The notes beneath the pieces were generated by a model that was given only the letters and a program-made list of their open reading frames with translations, was not told the origin of the DNA and did not search any database. DNA of 64,000 nt from Betaproteobacteria bacterium (GTDB lineage Bacteria > Pseudomonadota > Gammaproteobacteria > Burkholderiales > SG8-41). Where the stretch lies: assembly GCA_016868035.1 (NCBI GenBank), contig VGID01000001.1, positions 64,289-128,288 of the forward strand, in the 5' to 3' direction. Position 1 is the stretch's first letter, and each line of letters begins with the position of its first letter. Positions 1 to 9,684 of the stretch are shown piece after piece. A program made the position numbers and the translations under genes.

Positions 1-581
1 TCGACGTGGAACATGCCGTACAGCGCTTCCAGCAGATCCGGGCGCTCTTCGCGCAACACATTGTGTATGGTGAGCGCGCTCACGAGCTTGCTCGCGCCAC
101 CGGACTTTGCGGCGCGCAGGCAGAACAGCCCGAGCACGTCCACGGGCAGCATGTCGGTGTGGAAATCCATGCGCTCGTTGGTCTGGTATCCGCGGGCGCT
201 CGGGTCGGCGTGGATGCGGCCCTCGTCGCGCACGTGGCCCAGCAGGTGGCCGCGCGCGTTCTGCGACACCGGAGTGCCGAGATGCGCGCCGAGACCCCAG
301 TAGAGCAGCTCGCAGTGCGCGTCGGTGTAGCGCGCGCGCGGAACGCCGCGCACCAGCACGAACCCTCGCCCGCGCTCGATCTCGTCCAGAATGTTGTCGA
401 GCTCCGCGGCAAAGCACGGCAGGGGAAAGACCTCCGCCGTGAACGGAATCCTCGCGCCCGCGCGCGTTACGTGCGCGAGCGCGGCATCGATCTCCTCGAT
501 GGCCGCCGCGTCCAGGCGATGGATCCAGGATTCGTCACGCTGGATTTCCGATCCGATCCAGGCGCCGGGGCCCGTGATCAT
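1..581 (-). CDS. TauD/TfdA-family Fe(II)/2-oxoglutarate dioxygenase (N-terminal part; 3' end runs off the window start)
   Basis: Hand translation of the minus strand from ATG 581-579 gives MITGPGAWIGSEIQRDESWIHRLD...GYQTNERMDFHTDMLPVDVLGLFCLRAAKSGGASKLVS... and stays open to position 1. HxD iron motif (FHTD) present. Missing from the ORF track because there is no stop in the window. The + ORF 6..890 is its antisense shadow. Confidence 0.8.
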   Translation of the reverse strand, partial: MITGPGAWIGSEIQRDESWIHRLDAAAIEEIDAALAHVTRAGARIPFTAEVFPLPCFAAELDNILDEIERGRGFVLVRGVPRARYTDAHCELLYWGLGAHLGTPVSQNARGHLLGHVRDEGRIHADPSARGYQTNERMDFHTDMLPVDVLGLFCLRAAKSGGASKLVSALTIHNVLREERPDLLEALYGMFHV

Positions 582-729
582 GCCGCGTGGTTGGCCGGCC
601 AAGGCATTCCTCGCATCTGCTTTCTCGCCTTGTCCGAAAGCACCGGGCTGGCGTCCCGATCGCCTCGAAATTGCCACTTCGGTTTCTCCCGAAAACAGCG
701 CGAACCGGGGTCTGAGCCCGCCTGCCCGC

Positions 730-999
730 TTACGGCGTATTGCGCTTGCGAGGCCTCTGGTGGAACTTCCTCGGCGGTCTCTTGCCGTGGCGCGGCCCGC
801 CGCCGGGATTGGGACGATCGCCGGGTGCGGTGCCGCTCGACCGACCGCTCTGCGCCGGTGCGCCCGGCCGATTTCCGGCGGCCAGCATGATCTCCAGCTC
901 ATTGAGCTCATCCCACTCGGCGTCGGTGCGCTGTCTCTCTGGAATCGACAGCAGCGCCTGCAGGCGGGCTCGGGGGGAATTCAGTTCTGGTCCATTCAT
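730..999 (-). CDS. small hypothetical protein (acidic helical N-terminus, Pro/Arg/Lys-rich basic tail)
   Basis: ORF track, 89 aa: MNGPELNSPRARLQALLSIPERQRTDAEWDELNELEIML... Sits 148 bp upstream of and co-directional with the TauD-like gene. No family recognised. Confidence 0.45.
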   Translation of the reverse strand: MNGPELNSPRARLQALLSIPERQRTDAEWDELNELEIMLAAGNRPGAPAQSGRSSGTAPGDRPNPGGGPRHGKRPPRKFHQRPRKRNTP

Positions 1000-1083
1000 G
1001 GCCGTATTATCTCATTCCCGGTCCCGGGTTGGAGGAGCGCGTTCGAACGGCCCGGCCTGGCGATGGAAGGGGGCAATGGGCTC

Positions 1084-1162
1084 GAAGTTCAAGGCTTGAC
1101 GTTTTGAGGTTAAGGGTCGCGCCCCCTACACTCCAAACTTTGAAATCGGAGCTTTGAAAAGG
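1084..1162. repeat. weak heptamer-type region (GTTCAAG / CTTTGAA units)
   Basis: GAAGTTC AAGGCTT GACGTTT TGAGGTT AAGGG ... CTCCAAA CTTTGAA ATCGGAG CTTTGAA. Degenerate. Confidence 0.35.
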
Positions 1163-2374
1163 ATGTCCGTCACCCTTCCCTCGTCACTCATCACCGGGGT
1201 CAGGACGTTCCTGCCCGCGCTGGTGCTCGTCCTCGCCCTTCCCGCGGCGGCGGCGGAGTTCGCGGCGTGCCTCGGCAAGCTCCGCGGCGAGGCGGCGGCG
1301 CAAGGCATCACCCGGCAGACGTTCGACGCCGCGCTGGCCGGCGTCACGCCCGACAAGAGCGTGCTCGCCGCGATGGACTTCCAGCCCGAATTCGTCACGC
1401 CGGTCTGGGACTACCTCGCAGGCCTGGTGGACGAGCAGCGCATCATTGACGGCAAGGCGAAGCTCGACGAATGGGCCGCGGTGCTCGCCGAAGTGGAGCG
1501 GCGCTTCGGCGTGGACCGCCACGTCGTCGTCGCGCTGTGGGGCGTCGAGACCGATTACGGGCGGCTCACGGGCAAGCGCCCGCTGATGAGCTCGCTCGCG
1601 ACGACCGCGTGCATGGGCCGCCGCCAGCCGTTCTTCCGCGGCGAGCTCCTCGCGGCGCTGCGCATCCTGCAGGACGGGGACGTGCGTTCCGAGGCGCTGG
1701 TCGGCTCGTGGGCCGGCGCGTTCGGCCAGACCCAGTTCATGCCCTCGACCTTTCTCCGGCTCGCGGTAGACATGGACGGGGACGGGCGGCGCGACGTCGT
1801 CGGCTCCGTGCCCGACGCGCTTGGCTCCGCCGCGAACTACCTGCGCAACGCCGGCTACGCGAGCGGAGAGCCGTGGGGCTACGAGGTGCGCCTGCCGCAG
1901 GATTACCGCGGCCCGTCCGGGCGCCGCGAGCGGCGTGCGCTCGAGGAATGGGGCCGGCTCAAGATCCGCAAGGCCGATGGCGGCGCGCTTACCGGAAGCG
2001 GGCGTGCGGCGCTCCTCCTGCCCGCCGGGCGCGAGGGCCCGGCGCTGCTCATATTCCGCAACTTCGAGGCGATCCGCTCCTACAACCCGTCCGATTCCTA
2101 CGCGCTCGCGATCGCGCACCTCTCCGACCGGCTGCGCGGCGCCAGCCCGTTGCAGGCCGCGTGGCCGACCGACGACCCGGGGCTCTCGCGCGCCGAGCGC
2201 CGCGAGGTGCAGGAGCGGCTCGCCGCGCGCGGCTACGACGTGGGCGAGCCCGACGGGATCATCGGCTCGCGCACCCGCGCGGCGATCGAGGCGTTCCAGA
2301 AGACCGCCGGCCTTCCGGTGGACGGGCGTGCGGGCCGGCGGATGCTCAGCACGCTGCGGAATGCATCGCGCTGA
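1163..2374 (+). CDS. lytic murein transglycosylase (MltB/SLT_2 type) with C-terminal peptidoglycan-binding domain
   Basis: ORF 1154..2374. Signal peptide present, VALWGVETDYG and GQTQFMPSTF motifs, C-terminal PG_binding_1-like LSRAERREVQERLAARGYDVGEPDGIIGSRTRAAIEAFQ. ATG at 1163 preferred over TTG at 1154. Confidence 0.9.
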   Translation: MSVTLPSSLITGVRTFLPALVLVLALPAAAAEFAACLGKLRGEAAAQGITRQTFDAALAGVTPDKSVLAAMDFQPEFVTPVWDYLAGLVDEQRIIDGKAKLDEWAAVLAEVERRFGVDRHVVVALWGVETDYGRLTGKRPLMSSLATTACMGRRQPFFRGELLAALRILQDGDVRSEALVGSWAGAFGQTQFMPSTFLRLAVDMDGDGRRDVVGSVPDALGSAANYLRNAGYASGEPWGYEVRLPQDYRGPSGRRERRALEEWGRLKIRKADGGALTGSGRAALLLPAGREGPALLIFRNFEAIRSYNPSDSYALAIAHLSDRLRGASPLQAAWPTDDPGLSRAERREVQERLAARGYDVGEPDGIIGSRTRAAIEAFQKTAGLPVDGRAGRRMLSTLRNASR

Positions 2375-2382
2375 GCGCTGTC

Positions 2383-2468
2383 CCGGGTTCAAAGTTCAAG
2401 GTTCAAGGTTCAATTTTCAAGGCTTTAGACGAAAGACTTTGAACTTGGAACCTTGAACATTGAACCGG
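2383..2468. repeat. palindromic heptamer array, GGTTCAA type
   Basis: GGGTTCA AAGTTCA AGGTTCA AGGTTCA ATTTTCA, a 13-nt loop, then ACTTTGA ACTTGGA ACCTTGA ACATTGA ACCGG. Sits directly after the transglycosylase stop. Confidence 0.9.
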
Positions 2469-2676
2469 CCGCCCGCCGTCGCCCAGATGCCACCGCTGGG
2501 CCCCTGCTTGACGGCCGGGCGCCACGGGACCATGCTTTTCGCGGCAACGGACCAGGTGGACCGGCCACTGTAACAGCGACGCGTACCGGTCCCATAAGAA
2601 AAACAACACCGTTGCACCGCAACGCGGCATCGGCGCGTTTGGAAAACGCAATATCAACCCAACACGGGAGGACCTC

Positions 2677-3282
2677 ATGAAACGCTTGTTTGCTTCCATC
2701 GCGGCGCTGCTGGTCATCGTATTCACCGCTTTCGGCTGCGCCACCCCGGGCGGCCCCGGTTGGGACACGCTGATTGACGGCGAAAAAGGCATGGAAAACT
2801 GGAACAAGGTCGGCGACGCCAACTGGCGAGCGGAGGGCGGCGCAATCGTCGGCGACAAGGGCAAGGGCGGCTTTCTCATGTCGAAGAAATCCTACAAGGA
2901 TTTCGAGCTCTACATCGAGTTCTGGCCAGACCACACAGCCAACAGCGGCATCTACATGCGCTGTGCCGATGGCAATAACCCCACCGACAGGACCTGCTAC
3001 GAGGCGAACATCTTTGACCAGCGGGCCGATCAGAGCTACGCCACCGGCGGTATCGTCCACCGCGCCGTGGTGAATCCTGCACCTAAGGCCGGCGGCAAGT
3101 GGAATACCTACGAGATCCACATGAAGGGCACGCAATTGACCGTCAAGCTGAACGGCGTGGTCACCGCTTTCATGGAGGACAAGGATTTGCCGTCCGGGCC
3201 GTTCGGACTCCAGTTCGGCAACCGCGGCAAGGAACCAGGCGGCGCCATCAAGTTTCGAAAAGTAATGATCCGGGAACTGTGA
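2677..3282 (+). CDS. DUF1080 (3-keto-disaccharide hydrolase-like) lipoprotein
   Basis: ORF track, 201 aa. Lipobox FTAFGC, motifs DFELYIEFW..NSGIYMR and GPFGLQ, SD GGGAGG before the ATG. Confidence 0.85.
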   Translation: MKRLFASIAALLVIVFTAFGCATPGGPGWDTLIDGEKGMENWNKVGDANWRAEGGAIVGDKGKGGFLMSKKSYKDFELYIEFWPDHTANSGIYMRCADGNNPTDRTCYEANIFDQRADQSYATGGIVHRAVVNPAPKAGGKWNTYEIHMKGTQLTVKLNGVVTAFMEDKDLPSGPFGLQFGNRGKEPGGAIKFRKVMIREL

Positions 3283-3333
3283 GCGCTCGCGCCATGTAGC
3301 AACAAGCAGGGTCGAGGCTCGACGTCTTGCGGG

Positions 3334-3361
3334 AAAACGCCGCACCGTGCGCGGCGTTTTT
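3334..3361 (+). terminator. rho-independent terminator after the DUF1080 gene
   Basis: Perfect 10-bp stem AAAACGCCGC / GCGGCGTTTT (3334-3343 and 3351-3360), 7-nt loop, T-run to 3361. A-run on the other side makes it potentially bidirectional. Confidence 0.8.
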
Positions 3362-3406
3362 ACTTACATCGCTCCTCATTCGTCACCCGTCCCCGGGTAT
3401 CATCCC

Positions 3407-3455
3407 CTTTTGCCTTTTGCCTTTTGCCTTTTGCCTTCTGCCTTCTGCCTTCTGC
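3407..3455. repeat. tandem heptamers CTTTTGC x4 + CTTCTGC x3
   Basis: Seven perfect head-to-tail units, counted base by base. Confidence 0.95.
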
Positions 3456-3530
3456 CTCAGGCTCTCCCCATCACCCGTCATCCTTGCGCGTCACCGGTGA
3501 CCTGTTGTATCAAACGAAGGAAAGCGAAGC

Positions 3531-4448
3531 ATGCCCGCTGTGAACGATCTGCCCGAAGTGCTGGAGACAACCGAAGCCGAGCGCCTCGCGACCGGTTACG
3601 TCTTCACCGAGGGCCCGCTCTGGCACCCGGACGGTTACTGGTACTTCGTCGACATCCGCCAGAACAAGCTCTACCGCATGACGCCCGGGCGGGCGCCGGA
3701 GCTCGTCAGGGAAACCGCAGGCGGCAACGGCACGACCTTCGACCTGCAGGGGCATCTCATCCTGTGCGAAGGCACGGCCCGGCGCGTCGTGCGCATCGGC
3801 TCCGACGGAAAGCTCGAGACGCTTGCCGCGCGCTACAAGGGCGGGCGCTTCAACCGCCCCAACGACGTGGTGTGCCGCTCGGACGGCAGCCTCTACTTCA
3901 CCGACCCGGACAAGCGCGTGCCCTACACCGAGCGGGAAATTCCGCCACCCGCCGGCGTCGACAATCTCTGGGACGGCGCGGCGGTGTACCGTTTGATGGC
4001 CGACGGGACGATCAGCGTGCTCGCGCTATGCGAGTATCCGAACGGCCTCGCGTTCTCGCCCGACGAGCGCACGCTCTACGTCGCGAACACCCGCTCCTCG
4101 AAATACATCCACGCGATCGAGCTCGACGCAGGCGGCAACATGGCGCGGCGGCGCATCTTTGCCGACATGAACGAGGGTGATTTGCCCGGCATCCCCGACG
4201 GATTGAAAGTGGACAGCCAGGGGCGCGTTTTCTGCACCGGACCGGGCGGAATCTGGGTATTCACCCCCGGCGGCGAGTGCGTCGGGATCATCCGGTTTCC
4301 CGAGCAGGCGGTGAACTTCGCGTTCGGCGGGCCGGACCTGCGGACGTTGTTGTGCCGCGCGCACACCTCCGTCTACGCGCTGCGGGTCAAGGTGCCGGGG
4401 CAGCCGCATCCATGGTACCGGGAAAAAGGGATGAAGGGCCGGGGATGA
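3531..4448 (+). CDS. SMP-30/gluconolactonase/LRE-family lactonase
   Basis: ORF track, 305 aa. Motifs TEGPLWHPDG, NRPNDVVCRSDGSLYFTDP, PNGLAFSPDERTLYVA, PDGLKVDSQGRVF. Confidence 0.9.
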   Translation: MPAVNDLPEVLETTEAERLATGYVFTEGPLWHPDGYWYFVDIRQNKLYRMTPGRAPELVRETAGGNGTTFDLQGHLILCEGTARRVVRIGSDGKLETLAARYKGGRFNRPNDVVCRSDGSLYFTDPDKRVPYTEREIPPPAGVDNLWDGAAVYRLMADGTISVLALCEYPNGLAFSPDERTLYVANTRSSKYIHAIELDAGGNMARRRIFADMNEGDLPGIPDGLKVDSQGRVFCTGPGGIWVFTPGGECVGIIRFPEQAVNFAFGGPDLRTLLCRAHTSVYALRVKVPGQPHPWYREKGMKGRG

Positions 4449-4484
4449 GCGCGGAATACGTTGACAACCTGGAGAGGTAACAAG

Positions 4485-5723
4485 ATGGCGTACGATCTCA
4501 TCGTTCGGAATGCGCGGCTCGCGGACGGCGATGCGGCGCGCGCAACAGTGGACATCGCCGTCGCAGACGGACGGATCGCTGCGGTCGGGCCCGGCATCTC
4601 GGGCGACGGCGAGACGGTCGATGCCGGCGGGCGTCTCGTATCGCCGGGCCTGGTGGAGAGCCATTTCCATCTCGACAAGACGAGGATCCTCGACCGCTGC
4701 GCGCCGCCGAAGGACCGGCGCTCGACCGACCACATGAAGCGGACCTCCGCGATCAAGCACACGTTCACGGTCGAGGACGTCTACGCGCGCGCGCGCGATA
4801 CGCTCGAGCAGTGCCTGCTGAACGGCGTCGGCCACATGCGGACCCACGTCGAGGTCGATCCCAACGTCGGCCTGCGCGGCTACGAAGCGATCGAGCGCCT
4901 CGCCAAGGATTACGCGTGGGCGATCGACCTGCAGTTGTGCGTCTTTCTGCAGGAAGGCTGGACCAACGTTACGGGCGCCGAGGCAAACGTCGTCCAGGCG
5001 CTGAAACGCGGCGCGACGGTGGTCGGGGGCGCGCCGCGGTACGACGACGACGGCCCGAAGCAGATCGAGCGCATCTTCGCGCTCGCGAAGGATTTCAACG
5101 TGGACGTCGACATACACCTCGACGGCGGCCACACCACCGACGACATGGCCATCTATCAGGTTTGCGACCTCACCGACCGGATCGGCTGGGGCGGGCGCGT
5201 GGCGATCGGCCACGGCTCGAAATATTCGTGCCTGCCGCCGGCGGAGCTGGAGGCGCTTGGCCGGCGGCTCGCCGGTTCCGGCGTCGCCGTGACGGTGCTT
5301 CCGGCGACCGACATGTTCACCACGGCGCGCCATATGGAGCACAGCGTCATCCGCGGCGTCGCGGACGCCAATGCGCTGATCGCCCGCGGCGCGAACTGCT
5401 CGATCTCGACCAACAACGTGATGAATCCGTTCACGCCGTATGGCGACTGCTCGCTGGTGCGGATCGCGAACCTGTACGCGAACGTCGTGCAGCGATCCAC
5501 GGAAGAGGAGCTGACCGAGTGCTTCGCGATGCTGACCAGCCGCCCGGCGCGGATCCTGCGCAGGAGCGACTACGGCATCGCGGCCGGCAATCCCGCCGAT
5601 CTCGTCGTGTGGAACGCGAAAACGCCGGCCGAGGTCATCGCGACCGTAGCGCCGCCGCTGATGGGCTTCAAGCGCGGCCGGCGCGTATTCACGCGCGAGA
5701 TGCCGACGCTGCACCGGCCCTGA
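4485..5723 (+). CDS. amidohydrolase-superfamily protein (cytosine deaminase-like)
   Basis: ORF 4461..5723. ATG at 4485 is preceded by GGAGAGG. HxH metal motif VESHFHLDK, later HLDG and GHG motifs. Confidence 0.85.
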   Translation: MAYDLIVRNARLADGDAARATVDIAVADGRIAAVGPGISGDGETVDAGGRLVSPGLVESHFHLDKTRILDRCAPPKDRRSTDHMKRTSAIKHTFTVEDVYARARDTLEQCLLNGVGHMRTHVEVDPNVGLRGYEAIERLAKDYAWAIDLQLCVFLQEGWTNVTGAEANVVQALKRGATVVGGAPRYDDDGPKQIERIFALAKDFNVDVDIHLDGGHTTDDMAIYQVCDLTDRIGWGGRVAIGHGSKYSCLPPAELEALGRRLAGSGVAVTVLPATDMFTTARHMEHSVIRGVADANALIARGANCSISTNNVMNPFTPYGDCSLVRIANLYANVVQRSTEEELTECFAMLTSRPARILRRSDYGIAAGNPADLVVWNAKTPAEVIATVAPPLMGFKRGRRVFTREMPTLHRP

Positions 5724-5842
5724 CGCCGGTCTCACGGGCGCGATATACTTCCGTATCCGCTGTTCCGATACGATGGTTGGCGTGTTTTCTTGAGTCGGAC
5801 GGAGGTCGGCAGGTTCTCGTTCATCATCTAGCCGGAGGTACC

Positions 5843-6829
5843 ATGTCCCGCAACAGTCTTATCCATCATCGCTTGTGGTTACTCATGATGTTGCTGGTGG
5901 GCGCATCGGCACCGGTACCGGTGCTCGCGCAGGAGTTTCCGGCGAAGCCCATCCGCTGGATCATTCCGTACCCGCCCGGAGGAACGTCGGATTTCCTGGC
6001 GCGGCTCATCGGGCAGAAGATCACGGATTCGTGGAAGCAGATCGTGATCATCGACAACCGCTCGGGCGCCAACGGCAACATCGGTACCGAAGCCGCGGCA
6101 AAGGCGCCCGCAGACGGCTACACGATGCTGCTCGTGGCGAGCACGTTCGCGATGAATCCGGCCGTCTACCCCAATCTGCCTTTCGACTCGGAAAAGGATT
6201 TCGCGGCGGTGACGATCATCCTCTGGCAGCCGTATCTGCTGTCGGTGCATCCGTCGTTGCCGGTGAAATCCGTGAAGGAACTCATCGCGCTTGCGAAGGC
6301 CCGGCCCGGCGCGATCGACTATGGCTCGGGCGGGGTTGGAAACGCCGTCCATATCGCGGCCGAGCGCTTCGCGAAGATGGCCGGGGTGAAGCTCAATCAT
6401 GTGCCCTACCGCGGCGTCGGGTTTGCAATCCCGGCGCTGCTAGCCGGAGAGGTTCAGCTGATGATGGCCTCGGCCGTGGCGGTACAGCCGTATGTGACGT
6501 CCGGAAAGATGAGAGTACTTGGGGTCACTGGCCCCAGGCGCGTTCCCGGGCTGCCCGATGTGCCGACCGTATCCGAAGCCGGACTCCCCGGTTTCGAAGA
6601 AGGCAACTGGCAGGCGGTGCTGGTCCCGTCGCGCACTCCCCGGCCCATCGTGACCCGGCTCAACCAGGAACTGGTGCGGATCGTGAAGACGCCCGATGTG
6701 AGCGCGCAGATCCTGCGCGTCGGTGCGGACGTCATCGGAAACACGCCTGATGATGCTACCGCGATCGTGCGAAATGACCTGAAAAAATACGGCGAGATCA
6801 TCCGGGCCCTGAATATCCGGCCCGAATGA
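5843..6829 (+). CDS. Bug/TTT-family (tripartite tricarboxylate transporter) periplasmic substrate-binding protein
   Basis: In-frame part of ORF 4811..6829. ATG 5843 preceded by GGAGG. Signal peptide, then FPAKPIRWIIPYPPGGTSD hallmark. Confidence 0.9.
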   Translation: MSRNSLIHHRLWLLMMLLVGASAPVPVLAQEFPAKPIRWIIPYPPGGTSDFLARLIGQKITDSWKQIVIIDNRSGANGNIGTEAAAKAPADGYTMLLVASTFAMNPAVYPNLPFDSEKDFAAVTIILWQPYLLSVHPSLPVKSVKELIALAKARPGAIDYGSGGVGNAVHIAAERFAKMAGVKLNHVPYRGVGFAIPALLAGEVQLMMASAVAVQPYVTSGKMRVLGVTGPRRVPGLPDVPTVSEAGLPGFEEGNWQAVLVPSRTPRPIVTRLNQELVRIVKTPDVSAQILRVGADVIGNTPDDATAIVRNDLKKYGEIIRALNIRPE

Positions 6830-6869
6830 GCCGCCGATCGCTGATGCACCAGGTTGCAGGGGTTGCGTG

Positions 6870-8258
6870 ATGCTGCCGTCCGCCGGGAACAATGACAAAA
6901 CCACGCCCCCTCCGTACCTGATCGAGATCAGCCGCTTCCTCTGCAACACGCGATTCGAGGACCTTCCGCCCGAAGTCGTCGATCGTTGCAAGCGCCTGAT
7001 CGCCGATTGCTTTGCGGTGGTCACCGCGGGCAACCAGACCGCCGAGCTGAAAGCGCTGGCGGCAAGCTACCTCAAGGATGCGCGGCCGGGGAACAGCTGG
7101 GTGATCGGAACCCCGCATCGCGCCGCCGCGCGCGACGCGGGTTTTCTGAACGGCATCGCGAGCACCTGGCACGATTTCGACGAGGGCAACACGGTCGGCT
7201 ATTCGCATCCGGGGAGCCAGATGGTCCCGGCGGCGATCGCGGCGGCGCAGGAGCTCGGCGCGTCGGGGCGCAACTTCCTGCTCGCGGTGGTCATGGGCTA
7301 TGAGGCGTGCGCACGCGTCGGCATGGCCTCGAAGATGCGCGTCTCGGTGCCGCAGCATGGAAACTGCGGCACGATCGGCTCCGCGGTGGCCGTCGCGCGC
7401 ATGAAGGGTTTCGACGAGGCCCGCATGCGCCACGTCATCAATGCCTCCGCGACGATGGCGATCACGGCGAACCGCCAGGCGATGCTCGACGAAGCGACCG
7501 TGCGCAACGTCTATTCCGGGCACTGCGCGCTCGCCGGGCTGAACGCGGTGACGCTGGTGGAAGCGGGCTTGACCGGACAGCGCGACGGGATCGGCTTCAC
7601 CTACGGCACCGTCATCGCCGACGGCTTCGACCCGCAGCGCATGGTGGCGGGGCTCGGGAAAGACTGGCTGACAACGAAAGGGTATTTCAAGCTGTATCCG
7701 GCGGGGCGCTTTTCGCACGCGGCGATCGACGCGCTGCGGGCGGCGCTTGCCACGGTGCCCGGGGGCAGGCTCGACGTCGCGGACATCGGGCGCATCGAGG
7801 TCAAGGCATTTCAACTGGCGGCGCTGCTCTCGGGCAAGAACATCAAGACCAGTTTCGGCACCAAGTTCTCGATTCCGTTTGCGCTGGCCACGATACTCGT
7901 TCACGGCCGTTGGGGCATCGACTGCTTCGAGATCGAAGCGGTTCGCAATCCCCACGTGCGCTCGTTGATGGATAAAGTGGACGTCAGCGAAGAGCCCGCG
8001 TATACCGCAGCGTACCCCGGCAAGCACCTGTGCGACGTGGTGATCCATCTCAACGACGGGCGCGCGATCCGCGGCCGCTGCGAAATCATGAAAGGCGAGC
8101 CGGGCAATCCGCACCGGCCCGAGGAGATCGAGAAAAAATTCTTCGACCTGACGGTGCCGGTCTGGAGTGCCGCGCGCGCGAACAAGCTTTACCAGGCGAT
8201 CATGGGGCTTGAGGGCACGGCGGATTTCCGCAAGTTCGGAGACGGGTTCGCGTTGTAA
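6870..8258 (+). CDS. MmgE/PrpD-family protein (2-methylcitrate dehydratase-like)
   Basis: ORF 6867..8258, 463 aa. N-terminal FLCNTRFEDLPPEVVDRCKRLIADC pattern typical of MmgE/PrpD. Confidence 0.88.
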   Translation: MLPSAGNNDKTTPPPYLIEISRFLCNTRFEDLPPEVVDRCKRLIADCFAVVTAGNQTAELKALAASYLKDARPGNSWVIGTPHRAAARDAGFLNGIASTWHDFDEGNTVGYSHPGSQMVPAAIAAAQELGASGRNFLLAVVMGYEACARVGMASKMRVSVPQHGNCGTIGSAVAVARMKGFDEARMRHVINASATMAITANRQAMLDEATVRNVYSGHCALAGLNAVTLVEAGLTGQRDGIGFTYGTVIADGFDPQRMVAGLGKDWLTTKGYFKLYPAGRFSHAAIDALRAALATVPGGRLDVADIGRIEVKAFQLAALLSGKNIKTSFGTKFSIPFALATILVHGRWGIDCFEIEAVRNPHVRSLMDKVDVSEEPAYTAAYPGKHLCDVVIHLNDGRAIRGRCEIMKGEPGNPHRPEEIEKKFFDLTVPVWSAARANKLYQAIMGLEGTADFRKFGDGFAL

Positions 8259-8291
8259 CCAGGCTCATCGAGCAAGAAAAGGAGGACTGTC

Positions 8292-8657
8292 ATGGCGAGC
8301 AAGAGGACCGGGCTGGGCGCGGCGCGTCATTTCTTGATGGTGACTTTCGAGATCGCGCCCGAGGATGAGGCGGAGTTCAACGAAATCTACGATAACGAGC
8401 ACGTACCCAACATCCTGCGCGTGAAAGGCGTGCACGGGGTCATCCGGTTCAAGGACGCGGCGCCGAACGCGGCCGGCTGGCTCGTCTACTCCGCGCTCTA
8501 TCTCCTCGAGCGGGCCGACCTGCCCGATACCCCGGAGTGGAAGGCCGCGTCCGACACCGGGCGCTGGGCGCCGGTCATGCGCCCGCGCCTGAAGTCGCGG
8601 CAGCGCCGGCTCGGGCCGGTGGTCGCCGCCGCGCTCCCCGTGGCGTCCATGAAGTGA
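8292..8657 (+). CDS. small hypothetical protein (DUF4286/EthD-like by pattern, tentative)
   Basis: ORF track, 121 aa. Strong [43 protein letters not shown]. Family assignment is from memory only. Confidence 0.6.
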   Translation: MASKRTGLGAARHFLMVTFEIAPEDEAEFNEIYDNEHVPNILRVKGVHGVIRFKDAAPNAAGWLVYSALYLLERADLPDTPEWKAASDTGRWAPVMRPRLKSRQRRLGPVVAAALPVASMK

Positions 8658-8674
8658 CGGGGGCCTTGTTGAGC

Positions 8675-8746
8675 GATCAAGGTTCAAGGTCACGACGTCA
8701 CACCCCGAACATTGAGCCCGGAACGTTGAACGTCAACCCGTGAACG
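8675..8746. repeat. degenerate palindromic heptamer array (GTTCAAG / GTTGAAC)
   Basis: GATCAAG GTTCAAG GTCACGA CGTCACA CCCCGAA CATTGAG CCCGGAA CGTTGAA CGTCAAC CCGTGAA. Confidence 0.7.
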
Positions 8747-8772
8747 GGGCTGGCGTCCGTGCGCCGGCCGTT

Positions 8773-9426
8773 CTAAATGCCGCGGCGGCGCTGCTCGCGC
8801 AAATACTCCTCGATTTTCCGGACGATATCCTGCACGCTGGCGAGGTTCGGATTCACCGCGAGCGCGCGCCGGAAGTACTCGAGGGCCTTCCCGTATTCTT
8901 CGAGTCGAAGGTAGATCAACCCGTAGCCCGAGAGCGCGCCGAAGTGCTGCGGGTTTCTCTTCAACACCTCGTCGCAGTCGGCGAGTGACTTGTGCATGTC
9001 TCCGGCCAGGTACCAGGCGGTCGCGCGCTTGTTCCAGCCCTCCGCGAGGTCCGGCTTGCGCCCGATGACCTTGCTGAAGAACTCGACCGCCCGCGAATAG
9101 CGGCCCGCGCCCATTTCCGCAACGCCGCTTTCCATCAACCGGTCGGTTTCCTCGTCGCCCGAGCGGCCCCAAACGAGCCACACGGCCTGTCCGGCCACGT
9201 CACGCACGACGGGATTTTCGTCGGAGAGGCGTTTCACCAGCAGCGGCCCGTCCGCCGCGAGGCCGTTGCGCCCGAAATAGACGACGCCCGCGAGGCGGAT
9301 GCGGGCGTCGGGATCCTCGAGCGCCGCGAGCGCGGCGGACCGCGTCATGATCTCGGGGTATGGCGGCTCGGCCGAGGCGGTCAGCGCGAGGAGCGCAGCA
9401 AGCAGGAGCGCGGAGAACCGCGGCAT
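8773..9426 (-). CDS. secreted TPR (plus HEAT-like) repeat protein
   Basis: ORF 8773..9468. Start at MPRFSALLLAALLALTASA (signal peptide). TPR-like AEGWNKRATAWYLAGDMHKSLADCDEVLKRNPQHFGALSGYGLIYLRLEEYGKALEYFRRALAVNP. Confidence 0.75.
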   Translation of the reverse strand: MPRFSALLLAALLALTASAEPPYPEIMTRSAALAALEDPDARIRLAGVVYFGRNGLAADGPLLVKRLSDENPVVRDVAGQAVWLVWGRSGDEETDRLMESGVAEMGAGRYSRAVEFFSKVIGRKPDLAEGWNKRATAWYLAGDMHKSLADCDEVLKRNPQHFGALSGYGLIYLRLEEYGKALEYFRRALAVNPNLASVQDIVRKIEEYLREQRRRGI

Positions 9427-9684
9427 CGTCGCGCCTAGCCTCGATTGCGACCCGTGCAGTTTGTCCATGATCGGGAAGGCGGTCCATCGCGACTTGCGAG
9501 CCGTGATTCGACCCCTTCGTCCCTCCGCTTACATACCAGAACCTATTTCATATATAGGCACGTGCGCGACGGCGGCGATGTGGGATGCAGTTCAAGGAGG
9601 AGGGCCCGAAGGAATATGTCGATATTTCGAGGGTCCCCGACGAAGAAATGCGCGCGGATCGCCCCGTCCCTGCGGGTTGCGCGT

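Noticed and set aside
6-890. 294-aa plus-strand ORF at the window start
   Set aside because: Its translation is Ala/Arg/His/Val-rich and motif-free. The opposite strand in the same region translates into a clean TauD/TfdA dioxygenase N-terminus, so this is an antisense shadow ORF typical of GC-rich DNA.
4026-5735. 569-aa minus-strand ORF
   Set aside because: It is antisense to the well-supported lactonase and amidohydrolase genes. It has Arg/Ala/Asp/His-rich composition and no recognisable motifs.
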